Source of the DNA: a virus
Taxonomy: Duplodnaviria; Caudoviricetes
DNA length: 64,000 bases
Strand: one strand, 5' to 3'
Virus record (IMG/VR): IMGVR_UViG_3300028048_000001
Coordinates: 160,001-224,000 of that record
Made by a program: the position numbers and the translations under genes. The notes beneath the pieces were generated by a model that searched no databases, was not told where the DNA came from, and was given only the letters and a program-made list of their open reading frames with translations. Of the stretch, positions 40,966 to 51,207 are shown piece by piece. Within the stretch, counting starts at the first letter, position 1; each line of letters begins with the position of its first letter.

Positions 40966-41667
40966 TTATTTTTTATATTTTTTCTTTTTTCTAAACGTAG
41001 GTTTAATATTATTTAAATTTAATTGTTGAAAACTATGTTGAATATTTTCTGTATTAGTATCTGTGGTTTCTTCAAAAGTATCATCTTCGTCTTCATTATC
41101 ATTAATTTCTATAGATTCTTCATTCTCAACTTTTTCTTGATTATTATTTAAATCAATTTTTTCTTCATCTTGCTGTTCTACAGCTTCTTCAGAAGTTAAT
41201 ATTTCTGGAATATTATTCTCATAAGTTTCTGTTTGTGTATATTTTTCTTTTTCTGATATATCATCTGATGGTATAGAAACTGATTGAATTTCTGAAATTG
41301 TATTATTTGTATTATTTTCATCAATTTTATCATTATTAGATTCTACTACTATTTTTTCTTTTTCACATTCTTCAATAGTACCTTCTCTATTAATAATAAT
41401 ATTAGTTTCTTTTTTATCTTCTTTATTATAAATTTCTTCTAATTTATTATAATCCATATTTCTTATAAATTCCCAATTATTATTTATTAAAACTTCAATA
41501 TCGCAAATTGTAAGAATTCTTTTTGCATATGCATAAGGAACAGAATTAAGATAAATATTAGAAGATTTTTTCTCAATATTACGTCTATCAATAATTCCTC
41601 TAGAAATAAGTCTAAATAAATTACTTTTATTAATTTTAATATTTTTTCTATTCATAAAAATACTCAT
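40966..41667 (-). CDS. Hypothetical protein with long acidic region
   Basis: 233-aa ORF. Confidence 0.65.
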   Translation of the reverse strand: MSIFMNRKNIKINKSNLFRLISRGIIDRRNIEKKSSNIYLNSVPYAYAKRILTICDIEVLINNNWEFIRNMDYNKLEEIYNKEDKKETNIIINREGTIEECEKEKIVVESNNDKIDENNTNNTISEIQSVSIPSDDISEKEKYTQTETYENNIPEILTSEEAVEQQDEEKIDLNNNQEKVENEESIEINDNEDEDDTFEETTDTNTENIQHSFQQLNLNNIKPTFRKKKKYKK

Positions 41668-41782
41668 TTTGAATACCTTTCTTAATTTGAAAAATAATAT
41701 TATTTTATTTATCTTAAGGTTATTAAGATAAATTCTCCCATAGAGGTTTAACTCCTCTATGGGAGATAATATTTATTAAATA

Positions 41783-42865
41783 TTACATTTTAACAACTTC
41801 TACAGTTCCATTATGAGCTTTTTCTGCTTTATATCCTTTTGCAATATAATCTTCATTTTCAAGATTACTAAACTTACCACCATAAATAAAGTTCTTGCAA
41901 TCGGATTCAGGAGTAAGGGTTTTAACCGCTTCTTTAGCAGAGAATACTCCACCATAAATTCCAATGGTAGTATTTTCAGTAGCTACTCCGGTTTCATTCG
42001 GATCACCTTCCATAAATGCAGCACCATTAGCTTTAAACTTACCGCCAAGAATCTTAACTTCAATAGGAAGTTTGGTACTATGCTCAGCTACAGAGATACA
42101 AATATTTTGTCCAGTAGATCCGTTACCATTCTTCTTCTGAGTAGCTTCTCCTTCTCCAGTAGAAATATATTCTCCACCTTCAATAGTAAGTTTTCCTGCA
42201 CGGATTTCAACAGGAAGGAAAGATTCAACTTTAGAATTTCCACCAAGGAAATATTCACCATCACCAGCAAGATAAATACCATTTGGTTCATCTGCTGCTT
42301 CTGCTCTAGTAATAGCAGTACCATTAAAATTAAGTTTAGTTCCAGTAGATGTACCATTAGTAGAAAAACCATACCAAAATCCATCAAGAACTACATCTTT
42401 ACCAATATTAATAGTAGCGTTTTTAGTTTTACTATTAGTAAAAACAGCAGCATTGGCTATAACTCTAATCTTACCATCAATATTAAGAATTGGATTCCAA
42501 TCATCATAGATGTTAGACATAATAAACAGATAATCGTTATCCATATCAGATGCTTTTATGGTACCTTCTCCTACAACATTAAGAGTTTTATTCCAACAAT
42601 AAATTGGTTGATTACAAGTAAGACTAGCTTTATTTAATTGGATGGTGACATTATCATATTTATATATCTGAATATAATTATTCATAACAGTATTTTTATT
42701 AATAACAATAGTACTACCATCTCTAACTCTCTTAAATGCATCTTCAAAAGAATCAACAGCAATACCATCTACAGTAATAGGATCGAGACTTGCTTTATCT
42801 TCTTGTCCAACAATTATGTCTTCAGTTACAGCAAGTCTATTATCAAACATAAAACTTACATTCAT
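41783..42865 (-). CDS. Putative beta-helix surface or virion protein
   Basis: Repeated G-x-hydrophobic strands (TIEGGEY, ILGGKF, IYGGVF, IYGGKFS). Confidence 0.6.
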   Translation of the reverse strand: MNVSFMFDNRLAVTEDIIVGQEDKASLDPITVDGIAVDSFEDAFKRVRDGSTIVINKNTVMNNYIQIYKYDNVTIQLNKASLTCNQPIYCWNKTLNVVGEGTIKASDMDNDYLFIMSNIYDDWNPILNIDGKIRVIANAAVFTNSKTKNATINIGKDVVLDGFWYGFSTNGTSTGTKLNFNGTAITRAEAADEPNGIYLAGDGEYFLGGNSKVESFLPVEIRAGKLTIEGGEYISTGEGEATQKKNGNGSTGQNICISVAEHSTKLPIEVKILGGKFKANGAAFMEGDPNETGVATENTTIGIYGGVFSAKEAVKTLTPESDCKNFIYGGKFSNLENEDYIAKGYKAEKAHNGTVEVVKM

Positions 42866-42884
42866 ATTTTTAGACTCCTTTTAA

Positions 42885-43592
42885 TTAGATTCCACTATTG
42901 TCACCAGAATCCGTATTTCCGTTTCCAGAGTCATCTGGATTGGTTTCGGTATTATCATCTTCACTATCTGATCCCTCACTATTAGTAGGGGTATATTCTG
43001 CAGATATAGAAATAACTTTAGAAGATACATCAGCTTGAGATATTCCCATATAAATATAATTCACACCATCTTCAAGCTCTTTTTCTTCACCAAAAAGTTT
43101 AGCCTCAGTATATCCTTCTTCTGCTGCACCAGACTTATCAAATTTAATAGCAAACCAATAGCCATTCTTATCAATAGCATCTATTCCAAGCTTGGTATAA
43201 TCTTCAACTTTAACAAGTTTACCAGAAAGTATACCATTATAAATTTCAATCTTATCTTGAATTTTATCAAGACCTTCTGCATCTTCATTTGAAGGAATAG
43301 AGAAGAAATAATCAAGTTTCTTAACACCAAAATTATGATCTTCTTCAACAGTAAGCTCTTCACCAGCAGAAATGTGATCATACTGCTCATAAACATTAGT
43401 CTCATCTACAGGATAATATTTATCATCCTTGACAATAGCAACATGTGCAGTATCAAGAAGAGCAATAACTTGTCTAGGTACATTGACTTCAGCGATATCA
43501 ATAAATCCTTCTTCATTTTTAACAAGAACTTTATCAATAGCCTTTCTAGTAGGATACTTAGGCTTTACAGCAACAAAAATCTTTTCAGCCAT
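42885..43592 (-). CDS. Putative virion protein
   Basis: 235-aa ORF, strong RBS, in late-gene operon. Confidence 0.65.
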   Translation of the reverse strand: MAEKIFVAVKPKYPTRKAIDKVLVKNEEGFIDIAEVNVPRQVIALLDTAHVAIVKDDKYYPVDETNVYEQYDHISAGEELTVEEDHNFGVKKLDYFFSIPSNEDAEGLDKIQDKIEIYNGILSGKLVKVEDYTKLGIDAIDKNGYWFAIKFDKSGAAEEGYTEAKLFGEEKELEDGVNYIYMGISQADVSSKVISISAEYTPTNSEGSDSEDDNTETNPDDSGNGNTDSGDNSGI

Positions 43593-43626
43593 GATATTAA
43601 ACTCCTTTTATATTTAAAATTTTAAT

Positions 43627-43974
43627 TTAAATATCATCAACAAGTTCATTAACATTAACATCTTGTGTTATATTATCTTTATCGCTTCCAATTGCGATAT
43701 CAATAACTTCATCATCTTCGAAAGGATCAAATGCAATATCTCTCTCTGCAGCTATAATATCATCTGCATCTACCCCTTCAATAGAATTATCAACTTCATC
43801 ATCTATATAATCTATATTTGTATCAACAATTTCATCATCTTCTTCATCACTTAAAGAATTATCATCTAATTTAATATCATCAATATTATCATCTACTGCT
43901 AAAGCAGTATCTATAGCATCTTCAAAAATATAATTTAAATCATCATATTCAGGAATAGCTTTTCTATTGTACAT
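43627..43974 (-). CDS. Highly acidic protein
   Basis: Asp/Glu-dominated 115-aa ORF. Confidence 0.7.
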   Translation of the reverse strand: MYNRKAIPEYDDLNYIFEDAIDTALAVDDNIDDIKLDDNSLSDEEDDEIVDTNIDYIDDEVDNSIEGVDADDIIAAERDIAFDPFEDDEVIDIAIGSDKDNITQDVNVNELVDDI

Positions 43975-43991
43975 AATAATCTATTCCTCCT

Positions 43992-44285
43992 TTAAAAATC
44001 AGAATCTAAATCTTCATCAAAAAGTTCATCTAAATCTTCATCACTAAGTTCATGTTTATCATATTTATCACTAAGAAGATCATCAACATCATTTTCTAAT
44101 TCACATTCTTTTTCAAATGTTTTATAATCTTCATCAGTAAATAAATGATCATTAGACTCAGTTTTAAACCTATCTTCAATCACCCCAATAAGAAGATCTT
44201 CATCATCACTTACTATACTATCCATATCTTCGATAGCATCTTGCATTTCAATATCTTCTTCAAAGAGAGAATCTAAACCTCTCAT
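43992..44285 (-). CDS. Highly acidic protein
   Basis: Asp/Glu-dominated 97-aa ORF. Confidence 0.7.
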   Translation of the reverse strand: MRGLDSLFEEDIEMQDAIEDMDSIVSDDEDLLIGVIEDRFKTESNDHLFTDEDYKTFEKECELENDVDDLLSDKYDKHELSDEDLDELFDEDLDSDF

Positions 44286-45592
44286 ATCTTAATCCTCCTG
44301 GGAATATTATTATGAAGTTCCTCTCTAACTTCAACTCTAGTCATTAAATCTTTAATATAAAATTCAATAACAAAAATAAGCATGGGAATAAGAAAATAAT
44401 TTTCTGTATTATTTTCAGTTTCAGTTATTCTTTCAATAGGAATGATATCCTCTACTCCTAAATCAATATGATTAAAATATTTTATAATCATATTGTATTT
44501 AGTATATTTTGTATCTTGATCAAATAACTGATTTTCTAAAATATGCCCAATTACTTGAGGATCAAGGATATCAATAGAATTAGCAAACATTTCTGCTACA
44601 GGATCTGGATCATTATAAGTTAATTCAAAATAATCTTCATATCTAGTACTAAATATTGTACCAGGATCATCAATATATACAGCAGCAGATGAATGTTTAC
44701 AAGCAGAAAGTTCATATTTTTCTCTTGTTTCAAATACTTTCCATATAGATTTATTATATTTAATATTAAAATCTGGCATTAATGTAGTTTTATGATCAAC
44801 AAAATCATATTTAGAATCTACATTATCTAAAAGCTTATTTCTAATAATAAATTCCATCATATATGGATCATAGAAATAATCAGAATTCATATTCCATTGA
44901 CAAACTCTATATAAATATACAAAAGTATAAGTTTGTACTTTATTATTATAATATAATCCCTTAAATAATTGCTTCATATTTACTGCAGCATCATCTAATT
45001 GTTTACAAACATTATATTTTGTTTTATGTAAAACAGAAGCATAATTGGTTCCAATATTACCAGATATGAATTCAAACTCATCTACTACCAATTCATATAA
45101 TTCGTGATCATCAAGATGATCAAGTTTATATTCTATTCTAAAATAATTACTACCATTATCAAAAGTATCAGTAGTAACTGACGTTACATTAAACTGATAT
45201 CGTTGATCAATCATAGTTATAACAAAATTATCTCCTACATATGGATGAATAGTATTAGGAAGTATTATAGCATCACCAGTAATTTCTGAAGTCTCTAATC
45301 CATAATCACCATTCTCTAATGTAGTAGATATTCTATCTATCCCATATAAATAGAAATTTCTAATTAAATTAAATCTTAATGACGACTCTGGGCCGTGGTC
45401 AGCATACGTTATTCTTAATGATGGATCAAGTGTGGTTCTTGTAGTATTAATATTATAATAATCTACAGGAGTACCTTTTTTATCATTAAATAAATAAAAT
45501 GGATTTTTTAATAGATCTTTTTGGAGACCTATTAAAGATTGGGTCACTACTTTATGTTCAGTATTTATTAAGCCCACTATAAGGACCTCCAT
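44282..45592 (-). CDS. Putative virion structural protein
   Basis: 436-aa ORF preceded by AACA-N6-TA; function inferred from context. Confidence 0.6.
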   Translation of the reverse strand: MEVLIVGLINTEHKVVTQSLIGLQKDLLKNPFYLFNDKKGTPVDYYNINTTRTTLDPSLRITYADHGPESSLRFNLIRNFYLYGIDRISTTLENGDYGLETSEITGDAIILPNTIHPYVGDNFVITMIDQRYQFNVTSVTTDTFDNGSNYFRIEYKLDHLDDHELYELVVDEFEFISGNIGTNYASVLHKTKYNVCKQLDDAAVNMKQLFKGLYYNNKVQTYTFVYLYRVCQWNMNSDYFYDPYMMEFIIRNKLLDNVDSKYDFVDHKTTLMPDFNIKYNKSIWKVFETREKYELSACKHSSAAVYIDDPGTIFSTRYEDYFELTYNDPDPVAEMFANSIDILDPQVIGHILENQLFDQDTKYTKYNMIIKYFNHIDLGVEDIIPIERITETENNTENYFLIPMLIFVIEFYIKDLMTRVEVREELHNNIPRRIKI

Positions 45593-45604
45593 ATTATATT
45601 GAAT

Positions 45605-45616
45605 TATAATGATGTT
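45605..45616 (-). promoter_or_regulatory. Candidate late promoter AACA-N6-TA
   Basis: AACAtcattaTA directly upstream of a putative structural operon; the motif recurs elsewhere. Confidence 0.5.
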
Positions 45617-45637
45617 TTTTGAGACCTTATTATGGTT

Positions 45638-46138
45638 TTAATATTTATTAAAAAATGAAATATATGCAGCTTTTTTTATAATATCATCCCCAAATGTTGG
45701 TAATATCTGAGATTTTACAATATCTTCAATTTTATTAATATCATCTGTATTAAATAATTTAGTGGAAGAATTTTTAATAATATTTGTAAGTCTAATTAAT
45801 ACATCATTATCAGTATATCCATCAAAATGCGGTGCATGAGGAATTTCTGGTATTTTAAATAAATCCCAATATTCTAAATCATAATGATAAGATACCATTC
45901 CTGTAGGTGTTGGAAATCCTGTAACAAACATACCATCATACATAGTTCCATCTTCATGAATTTTAGATTTCCAAGAATATGGAAAATTTAAAAATAATAA
46001 TGCTGATAAAATGGTTCTATGCTTGTATAAATCATCAAAAGAATGATATGTATCACTTAATTCTCCAACAGATTCATTAGGATTTTCTTTTTTAAAATTA
46101 TCTATTAATCTCTGAATATGTTTTAATTGTATATTCAT
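45638..46138 (-). CDS. Conserved-type phage protein (SDxYHxFxxLYxHR / WKSKxHxDG family)
   Basis: SDTYHSFDDLYKHR, WKSKIHEDG, VSYHY, FDGYT. Confidence 0.7.
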   Translation of the reverse strand: MNIQLKHIQRLIDNFKKENPNESVGELSDTYHSFDDLYKHRTILSALLFLNFPYSWKSKIHEDGTMYDGMFVTGFPTPTGMVSYHYDLEYWDLFKIPEIPHAPHFDGYTDNDVLIRLTNIIKNSSTKLFNTDDINKIEDIVKSQILPTFGDDIIKKAAYISFFNKY

Positions 46139-46139
46139 T

Positions 46140-46631
46140 TTAATTTCTCCAATAATTATCTATAGCAATTTTATCTATATCTTTATAATTATTTAATACA
46201 AACATCATAATATCACTCCAATTAGAATACATTTCTTCTATTAATTTTATCATATTATCACATTCATTTAATATATTTTTTGATTCTTCATCATTACTAT
46301 TATTAGATATATTATTTATCAAATCATTCATATCTACTGCTAATGTATTTTCAACAATAAGTCCAATAGGATTAGCAGGATATTCTTTAGCCTCTTCATA
46401 TTTAATTTTTAAGTATTCTAATATAGATTGATATTTATTTTCATTTGTTCCTTTGTCTAAATTATACCAGAAAATAGAATTAAATGGTCTAATTTCTTTT
46501 GTATAAGGATTAAATTCAAAACAATGATTACAAGAATAAAGTACCATATGTAAATCTAAATTATTGTTTTTTAATCTTGATTTATAAGCTTCGATATAAT
46601 TTTTCAAGCAGATTCTATCTTTTGATTTCAT
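46140..46631 (-). CDS. Hypothetical protein
   Basis: 163-aa ORF. Confidence 0.6.
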   Translation of the reverse strand: MKSKDRICLKNYIEAYKSRLKNNNLDLHMVLYSCNHCFEFNPYTKEIRPFNSIFWYNLDKGTNENKYQSILEYLKIKYEEAKEYPANPIGLIVENTLAVDMNDLINNISNNSNDEESKNILNECDNMIKLIEEMYSNWSDIMMFVLNNYKDIDKIAIDNYWRN

Positions 46632-46707
46632 AACATATTAAGCTTTAACTCCTCCTATCTATTAATATAAAATATTGGCCCAGAATTCCTTTAATAATAA
46701 GTAAATT

Positions 46708-47493
46708 TTAATCATCAAAGAAACTTTTTATTTTAGAATTTCTGTCTAATGGTTTATTTTTTATTATATTTACAGAATTATTATCAGACATATAATCTTC
46801 TGGTTCATATGAAGTTTCTATATTATATCTTTTATTAGAAGAATATTGAGTATCAGATAAAGCATTTCCTACTAATTGTGTAATATATGGACTAATCAAT
46901 TGTGATGCCCAAAGATATAAATCACATGTTTGAATTATATATACAAATTCTTTCCATTTAGTTATAGATCTTATTGTAAAATAGTATTCTTCATTTAATC
47001 CAATATTTACACCATAATCTAAATCATTTTTATCTTTTCCTTCATATAAAGAATGACTAAATTCTATACTATAATTTCTCATTGGTCTAGATGTTACAGT
47101 TACAATTTTATCAGAAAGAATTTGTAAAGAATTATCTGATTTTAAATAATACGGATCAAACAATATACTATCAAATTCTTTTACTTTATCTCTCAGACCT
47201 AATATTGCATAGACAGGAATCATTACACTTTTTACATTATATTCTGATTCTCTTGATGGATAATCTATTCTTAAATAATAATTAAAATTTCTTTTTGCTG
47301 TTATAAGTGATGATTCATTTCTATATTTATTAGAATTATATTTAAATTCTTCATATACCCTTTTCTTGTTATTATCTTTATCTTTAAATCCTAAATCTAC
47401 AACCAATTTTAATGATACACCATTATAGAAATCTATAACCGTATCTATCAATCTTTCATATTGAAATAATAATGCTGCCCTTAATTCACTCAT
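46708..47493 (-). CDS. Hypothetical protein
   Basis: 261-aa ORF with RBS. Confidence 0.7.
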   Translation of the reverse strand: MSELRAALLFQYERLIDTVIDFYNGVSLKLVVDLGFKDKDNNKKRVYEEFKYNSNKYRNESSLITAKRNFNYYLRIDYPSRESEYNVKSVMIPVYAILGLRDKVKEFDSILFDPYYLKSDNSLQILSDKIVTVTSRPMRNYSIEFSHSLYEGKDKNDLDYGVNIGLNEEYYFTIRSITKWKEFVYIIQTCDLYLWASQLISPYITQLVGNALSDTQYSSNKRYNIETSYEPEDYMSDNNSVNIIKNKPLDRNSKIKSFFDD

Positions 47494-47594
47494 TTATTTT
47501 CTCCATATAGTATATATAAAAAACGATTTAATTAAAGGTAAAAAAAGAAATAAAAAAATATTAGGGGAGATATCTCCCCTAATATTTTTAAAAC

Positions 47595-49367
47595 TTAATT
47601 ATTATTTATAATGCCGAAAATATAATTAGAATCTTTATATTTATCGACATCATAATCTACCCAGAAATTACCCTGGGCTGCTTTGATGTGTGATTCTTCC
47701 TGACCAAGTGTAGATTTATAGAAAATCTGCACTTTATCATCACATATCATTTTAAAATGATTGCAGTCTTTAATCTCTGTAATCCTGAATCTGCAAACAG
47801 GAATTTCAGAGTTCTTGAATATATTTGAAATATTGATGATCAGTTTTTTCCACTCATTAAAACTGATCGATCTTCCATCTTCTTTCTTCGTAAGTTCCTG
47901 AAGATTATGAAGATCGATTCTATCTATGAAGATATATTTATCTTTATAATCTCCTAAAACTCTAGGAAGCTGATCCATGTTCTTTTTTCGATCATCTTTA
48001 TCAAAAGTACCTTTGATGATCTTTTCTACAAGGTCCTTTTGCGAAATAGCAACAAAAGTACCTTTTCTTGCTCCTTCATGATCTTTCATATGGATTACTC
48101 TTAATGTATCTCCATATATAATACAAGGATCAAGAAGAACATATCTTTTATCTTCTGGATTGGTTCTACTGAAGATGAAAGCCTGAACCAGATTAGGATA
48201 CCACTGATTATTACTATAGAATACAGAGTATCCATTGTTTCTGCAGAGATTGGTAAATCTATCTAACTTATTTACAAATCCTTCTGCATCTTCATTGTTC
48301 TTTTTAATTGTTTCATCAGGCTCATCAGGTCTTTTATAAATCTTTTTCTGAAGAGTCTCTTCTTTCTTTTCCTCCTTTTTAGGAGTAGGATCTTTTACTT
48401 GTTCAAATTTACCGTCAATAATTTTTTCTTCTTTCTTTTCATTATTGACGATATCAAATACTTTATTTACAGCTTCTGATATTGTATCTGAAGAATTATT
48501 AACAACCACCGCTTCTTCAAACGGTGTTTCTTCAGATACATTTTCTTCTACAGCTCCGGGTTCTTTATCATCCATAGGATGTTCATCCATTACTGGATCT
48601 GTAGAAATATACCCTGTAACCTGTTTTACTTCTCGATAATCTTCATTCTCTTTAAGAGTCTCATTCTTGTAGTGATACGTAAATGGAGATTCACATTTTT
48701 CATTAAGAATATAATATTTCTTAACAATATCAGGAATATCCTCCATAGAATTAATATAACTATTCCACAAAGGAACAAGTTCCTGATGCTTAGGAATCAA
48801 TCTGTATTGATAGTTCTCATTAAAGAACCTATCAATTACATAAGAATGAACTACAATCCAAGCAGCCTCTTTAAGAGGATTTTGCTTTCCATTACATTTT
48901 CCTGTATAATATGCTTTTCTTACAGCTCCTGCTATAAGTTTATCACCAAGAGAATCATATTCTTTATACAGATCATTATTCACCTGGCGATTTAATACAT
49001 TGAAATGTCTTGCTAAATTCGCAAGATTTTTATCGGATTCTTGTGTATTGATTCTGGATTCAAAAAACCTTTTTACAAGCCAGTAGACATCTCCATCCTT
49101 CTTTGTAAAATATGGTTCCGGTTTCAGTTTTCCATTAATGAATTTCTGAAAGTATTCATTAACAATTGCAGGATCTCTATATCCTGTTCTTATAATAAAT
49201 ACTTTAGAATATTCAGGATATTCTTTGGTATTAGAAGATTTATCTTTGTAAAAATCAGAAGAAAGTCCCATTTTGTTGTACTCAAATTCTTTAGGTAGAT
49301 TGTTAAAGAATTCGAATAAGTTTTGACTCTTGTTTTTGGCTTCAACTGCAGCTACAAATTTGCTCAT
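47595..49367 (-). CDS. Large hypothetical protein with central acidic linker
   Basis: 590-aa ORF, AGGAGG RBS. Confidence 0.75.
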   Translation of the reverse strand: MSKFVAAVEAKNKSQNLFEFFNNLPKEFEYNKMGLSSDFYKDKSSNTKEYPEYSKVFIIRTGYRDPAIVNEYFQKFINGKLKPEPYFTKKDGDVYWLVKRFFESRINTQESDKNLANLARHFNVLNRQVNNDLYKEYDSLGDKLIAGAVRKAYYTGKCNGKQNPLKEAAWIVVHSYVIDRFFNENYQYRLIPKHQELVPLWNSYINSMEDIPDIVKKYYILNEKCESPFTYHYKNETLKENEDYREVKQVTGYISTDPVMDEHPMDDKEPGAVEENVSEETPFEEAVVVNNSSDTISEAVNKVFDIVNNEKKEEKIIDGKFEQVKDPTPKKEEKKEETLQKKIYKRPDEPDETIKKNNEDAEGFVNKLDRFTNLCRNNGYSVFYSNNQWYPNLVQAFIFSRTNPEDKRYVLLDPCIIYGDTLRVIHMKDHEGARKGTFVAISQKDLVEKIIKGTFDKDDRKKNMDQLPRVLGDYKDKYIFIDRIDLHNLQELTKKEDGRSISFNEWKKLIINISNIFKNSEIPVCRFRITEIKDCNHFKMICDDKVQIFYKSTLGQEESHIKAAQGNFWVDYDVDKYKDSNYIFGIINNN

Positions 49368-49506
49368 TTTTATTCCTCCTTTTAGAGAATTAATATTGTT
49401 ATTAATTTAAGCAAATATTCCTTTCTTAATATTTACTCATAATAATAATATCTCATTTAAAAATAATAAAAAATAAATTGGAAGGGTTATATAACCCTTC
49501 CAATAT

Positions 49507-51141
49507 TTAATTATATTCATTATCCCCAAATATGATTCCAGAAATCATTTTTTCTTTGGTAAATATAATAGCTTCTCTCATTCCAATACAATTAGGTTCT
49601 ATTGCTTCTTTAAATCTGTTTTTAATATTTAATTTTGTTTCTTCTTGTATATTGTACATTTTTAAATTATCTATATTTAAATTTTTACATTCAGAAGCAT
49701 ATTTATTAAATACAGGTTTTTTAGCATTGTAATAAGCATTTAATTGTTTAAATCCAACATCTACTAATTCAATATATATTGTATTATTGTCTCTTGTTCT
49801 TCCTAATGTTTGTCTAGCTAACACTTCAGATTTAAAAGGTTCTGCTAATACTACAGAATATTTTAAATGTGGAATATCTTCTCCAGCTCCTGCTGATTTT
49901 GTTGTTGTTAAAATATATTTTTTATTTTTCTCTTCTATTTTATTTTCACTAATAGATGTATATATTCCAATATCATATTTTAATTCAGGATAATTAAATA
50001 AAATTCTTTGTTTTACTTTTAGTATTGCTGAATTTGTTCCTATATAAAATAATGCTCTTCCACCAGATTTATATATAAGAGAAAATATATAATCAAACAT
50101 TATCCAAAATCTTTCATTTCTCATTAAATAATCTATATACAAAGGATTACTAATTCCATAAACAGATGTTTTACATTTAGCAATCTCTGATGGTTTTGGA
50201 AATGAATTATATTTTATAGCTATATATTTAGTATGAGCATCCACATCAGGATTAAATAAATCTATAGATGGTACATTTTTCATATATAATTTATATATTT
50301 TATTTTCTGTACTATCAGATCTTGATGGCGTTGCTGTAACATAATATGTTCTCCATACATCTCTAGCAGCAAAATCTATTAAACTCATATTAAGAAAATT
50401 TTGATGAGCTTCATCAAATACTTTAATTCCTATTTTAAGAGTTTTAAATAATTTGCCAATAGATTCCCATCCATGTGTATTAGCATAACTTTGTAAAGTA
50501 GAATGGGTACAGAGATATAATGATTTATTCAATATTGTACTTTTATTTTCCAATATTCTTGAAATCATTGGACCACCTTCTATCTTTACAATTTCAGAAT
50601 CATCTATTGTTGTATATTCTTTTATTCTTTCTATCCATTGATCTAAAATACCTGTTTGTGCAGTAATTACTATAGTTCTTATTCCTAAGTAACTTATAGC
50701 AGCAGATATTACAAATGTCTTACCCTTTCCAGTAAATAAATTTAAAGCAAATTGTGATTTACCAGAATTTTTATAATATTTATCTTTACATAATACAAAA
50801 TTTAAGGCTTCTATTTGTATATTATCTCTTGGAGGAATTTTTAATTTAATAGGTTTTTTATTGTAAGAATATTCATAATTATGAATTATAGTAGAAGAAA
50901 ATTCTTCTATATCCATATTAGAAGAAATTTTTCTTTTTACATAATCAACATCTATTCCTCTTGGTAAATATAATTTTCTATTATTTTTATCATAATAAAT
51001 TCCAACATAATCTTTCTTAAATCTTAAAGGATCCCAGTTAGAAAATTTATTTGTTAAAGTTGGATAATCTTCCCAGTTACAATCATTAATAACTATTGCA
51101 GAATTATGCAATACCATTTTATAGTCATCTATAGTTTTCAT
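49507..51141 (-). CDS. Superfamily 2 DEAH helicase (phiKZ gp75/UvsW-like)
   Basis: FTGKGKT, FDEAHQ, TATPSRS, QTLGRTR; adjacent to RNAP beta-prime as in phiKZ gp74-gp75. Confidence 0.9.
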   Translation of the reverse strand: MKTIDDYKMVLHNSAIVINDCNWEDYPTLTNKFSNWDPLRFKKDYVGIYYDKNNRKLYLPRGIDVDYVKRKISSNMDIEEFSSTIIHNYEYSYNKKPIKLKIPPRDNIQIEALNFVLCKDKYYKNSGKSQFALNLFTGKGKTFVISAAISYLGIRTIVITAQTGILDQWIERIKEYTTIDDSEIVKIEGGPMISRILENKSTILNKSLYLCTHSTLQSYANTHGWESIGKLFKTLKIGIKVFDEAHQNFLNMSLIDFAARDVWRTYYVTATPSRSDSTENKIYKLYMKNVPSIDLFNPDVDAHTKYIAIKYNSFPKPSEIAKCKTSVYGISNPLYIDYLMRNERFWIMFDYIFSLIYKSGGRALFYIGTNSAILKVKQRILFNYPELKYDIGIYTSISENKIEEKNKKYILTTTKSAGAGEDIPHLKYSVVLAEPFKSEVLARQTLGRTRDNNTIYIELVDVGFKQLNAYYNAKKPVFNKYASECKNLNIDNLKMYNIQEETKLNIKNRFKEAIEPNCIGMREAIIFTKEKMISGIIFGDNEYN

Positions 51142-51207
51142 AATTAATCCTTTAATAAAAATATAAGGGAAGTATTATAACTTCCCTTATATTAATTTTT
51201 ATTTATT

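Noticed and set aside
41813-42637. 274-aa plus-strand ORF
   Set aside because: Antisense shadow of the 360-aa gene; F/S/I-rich composition typical of reverse-frame artefacts
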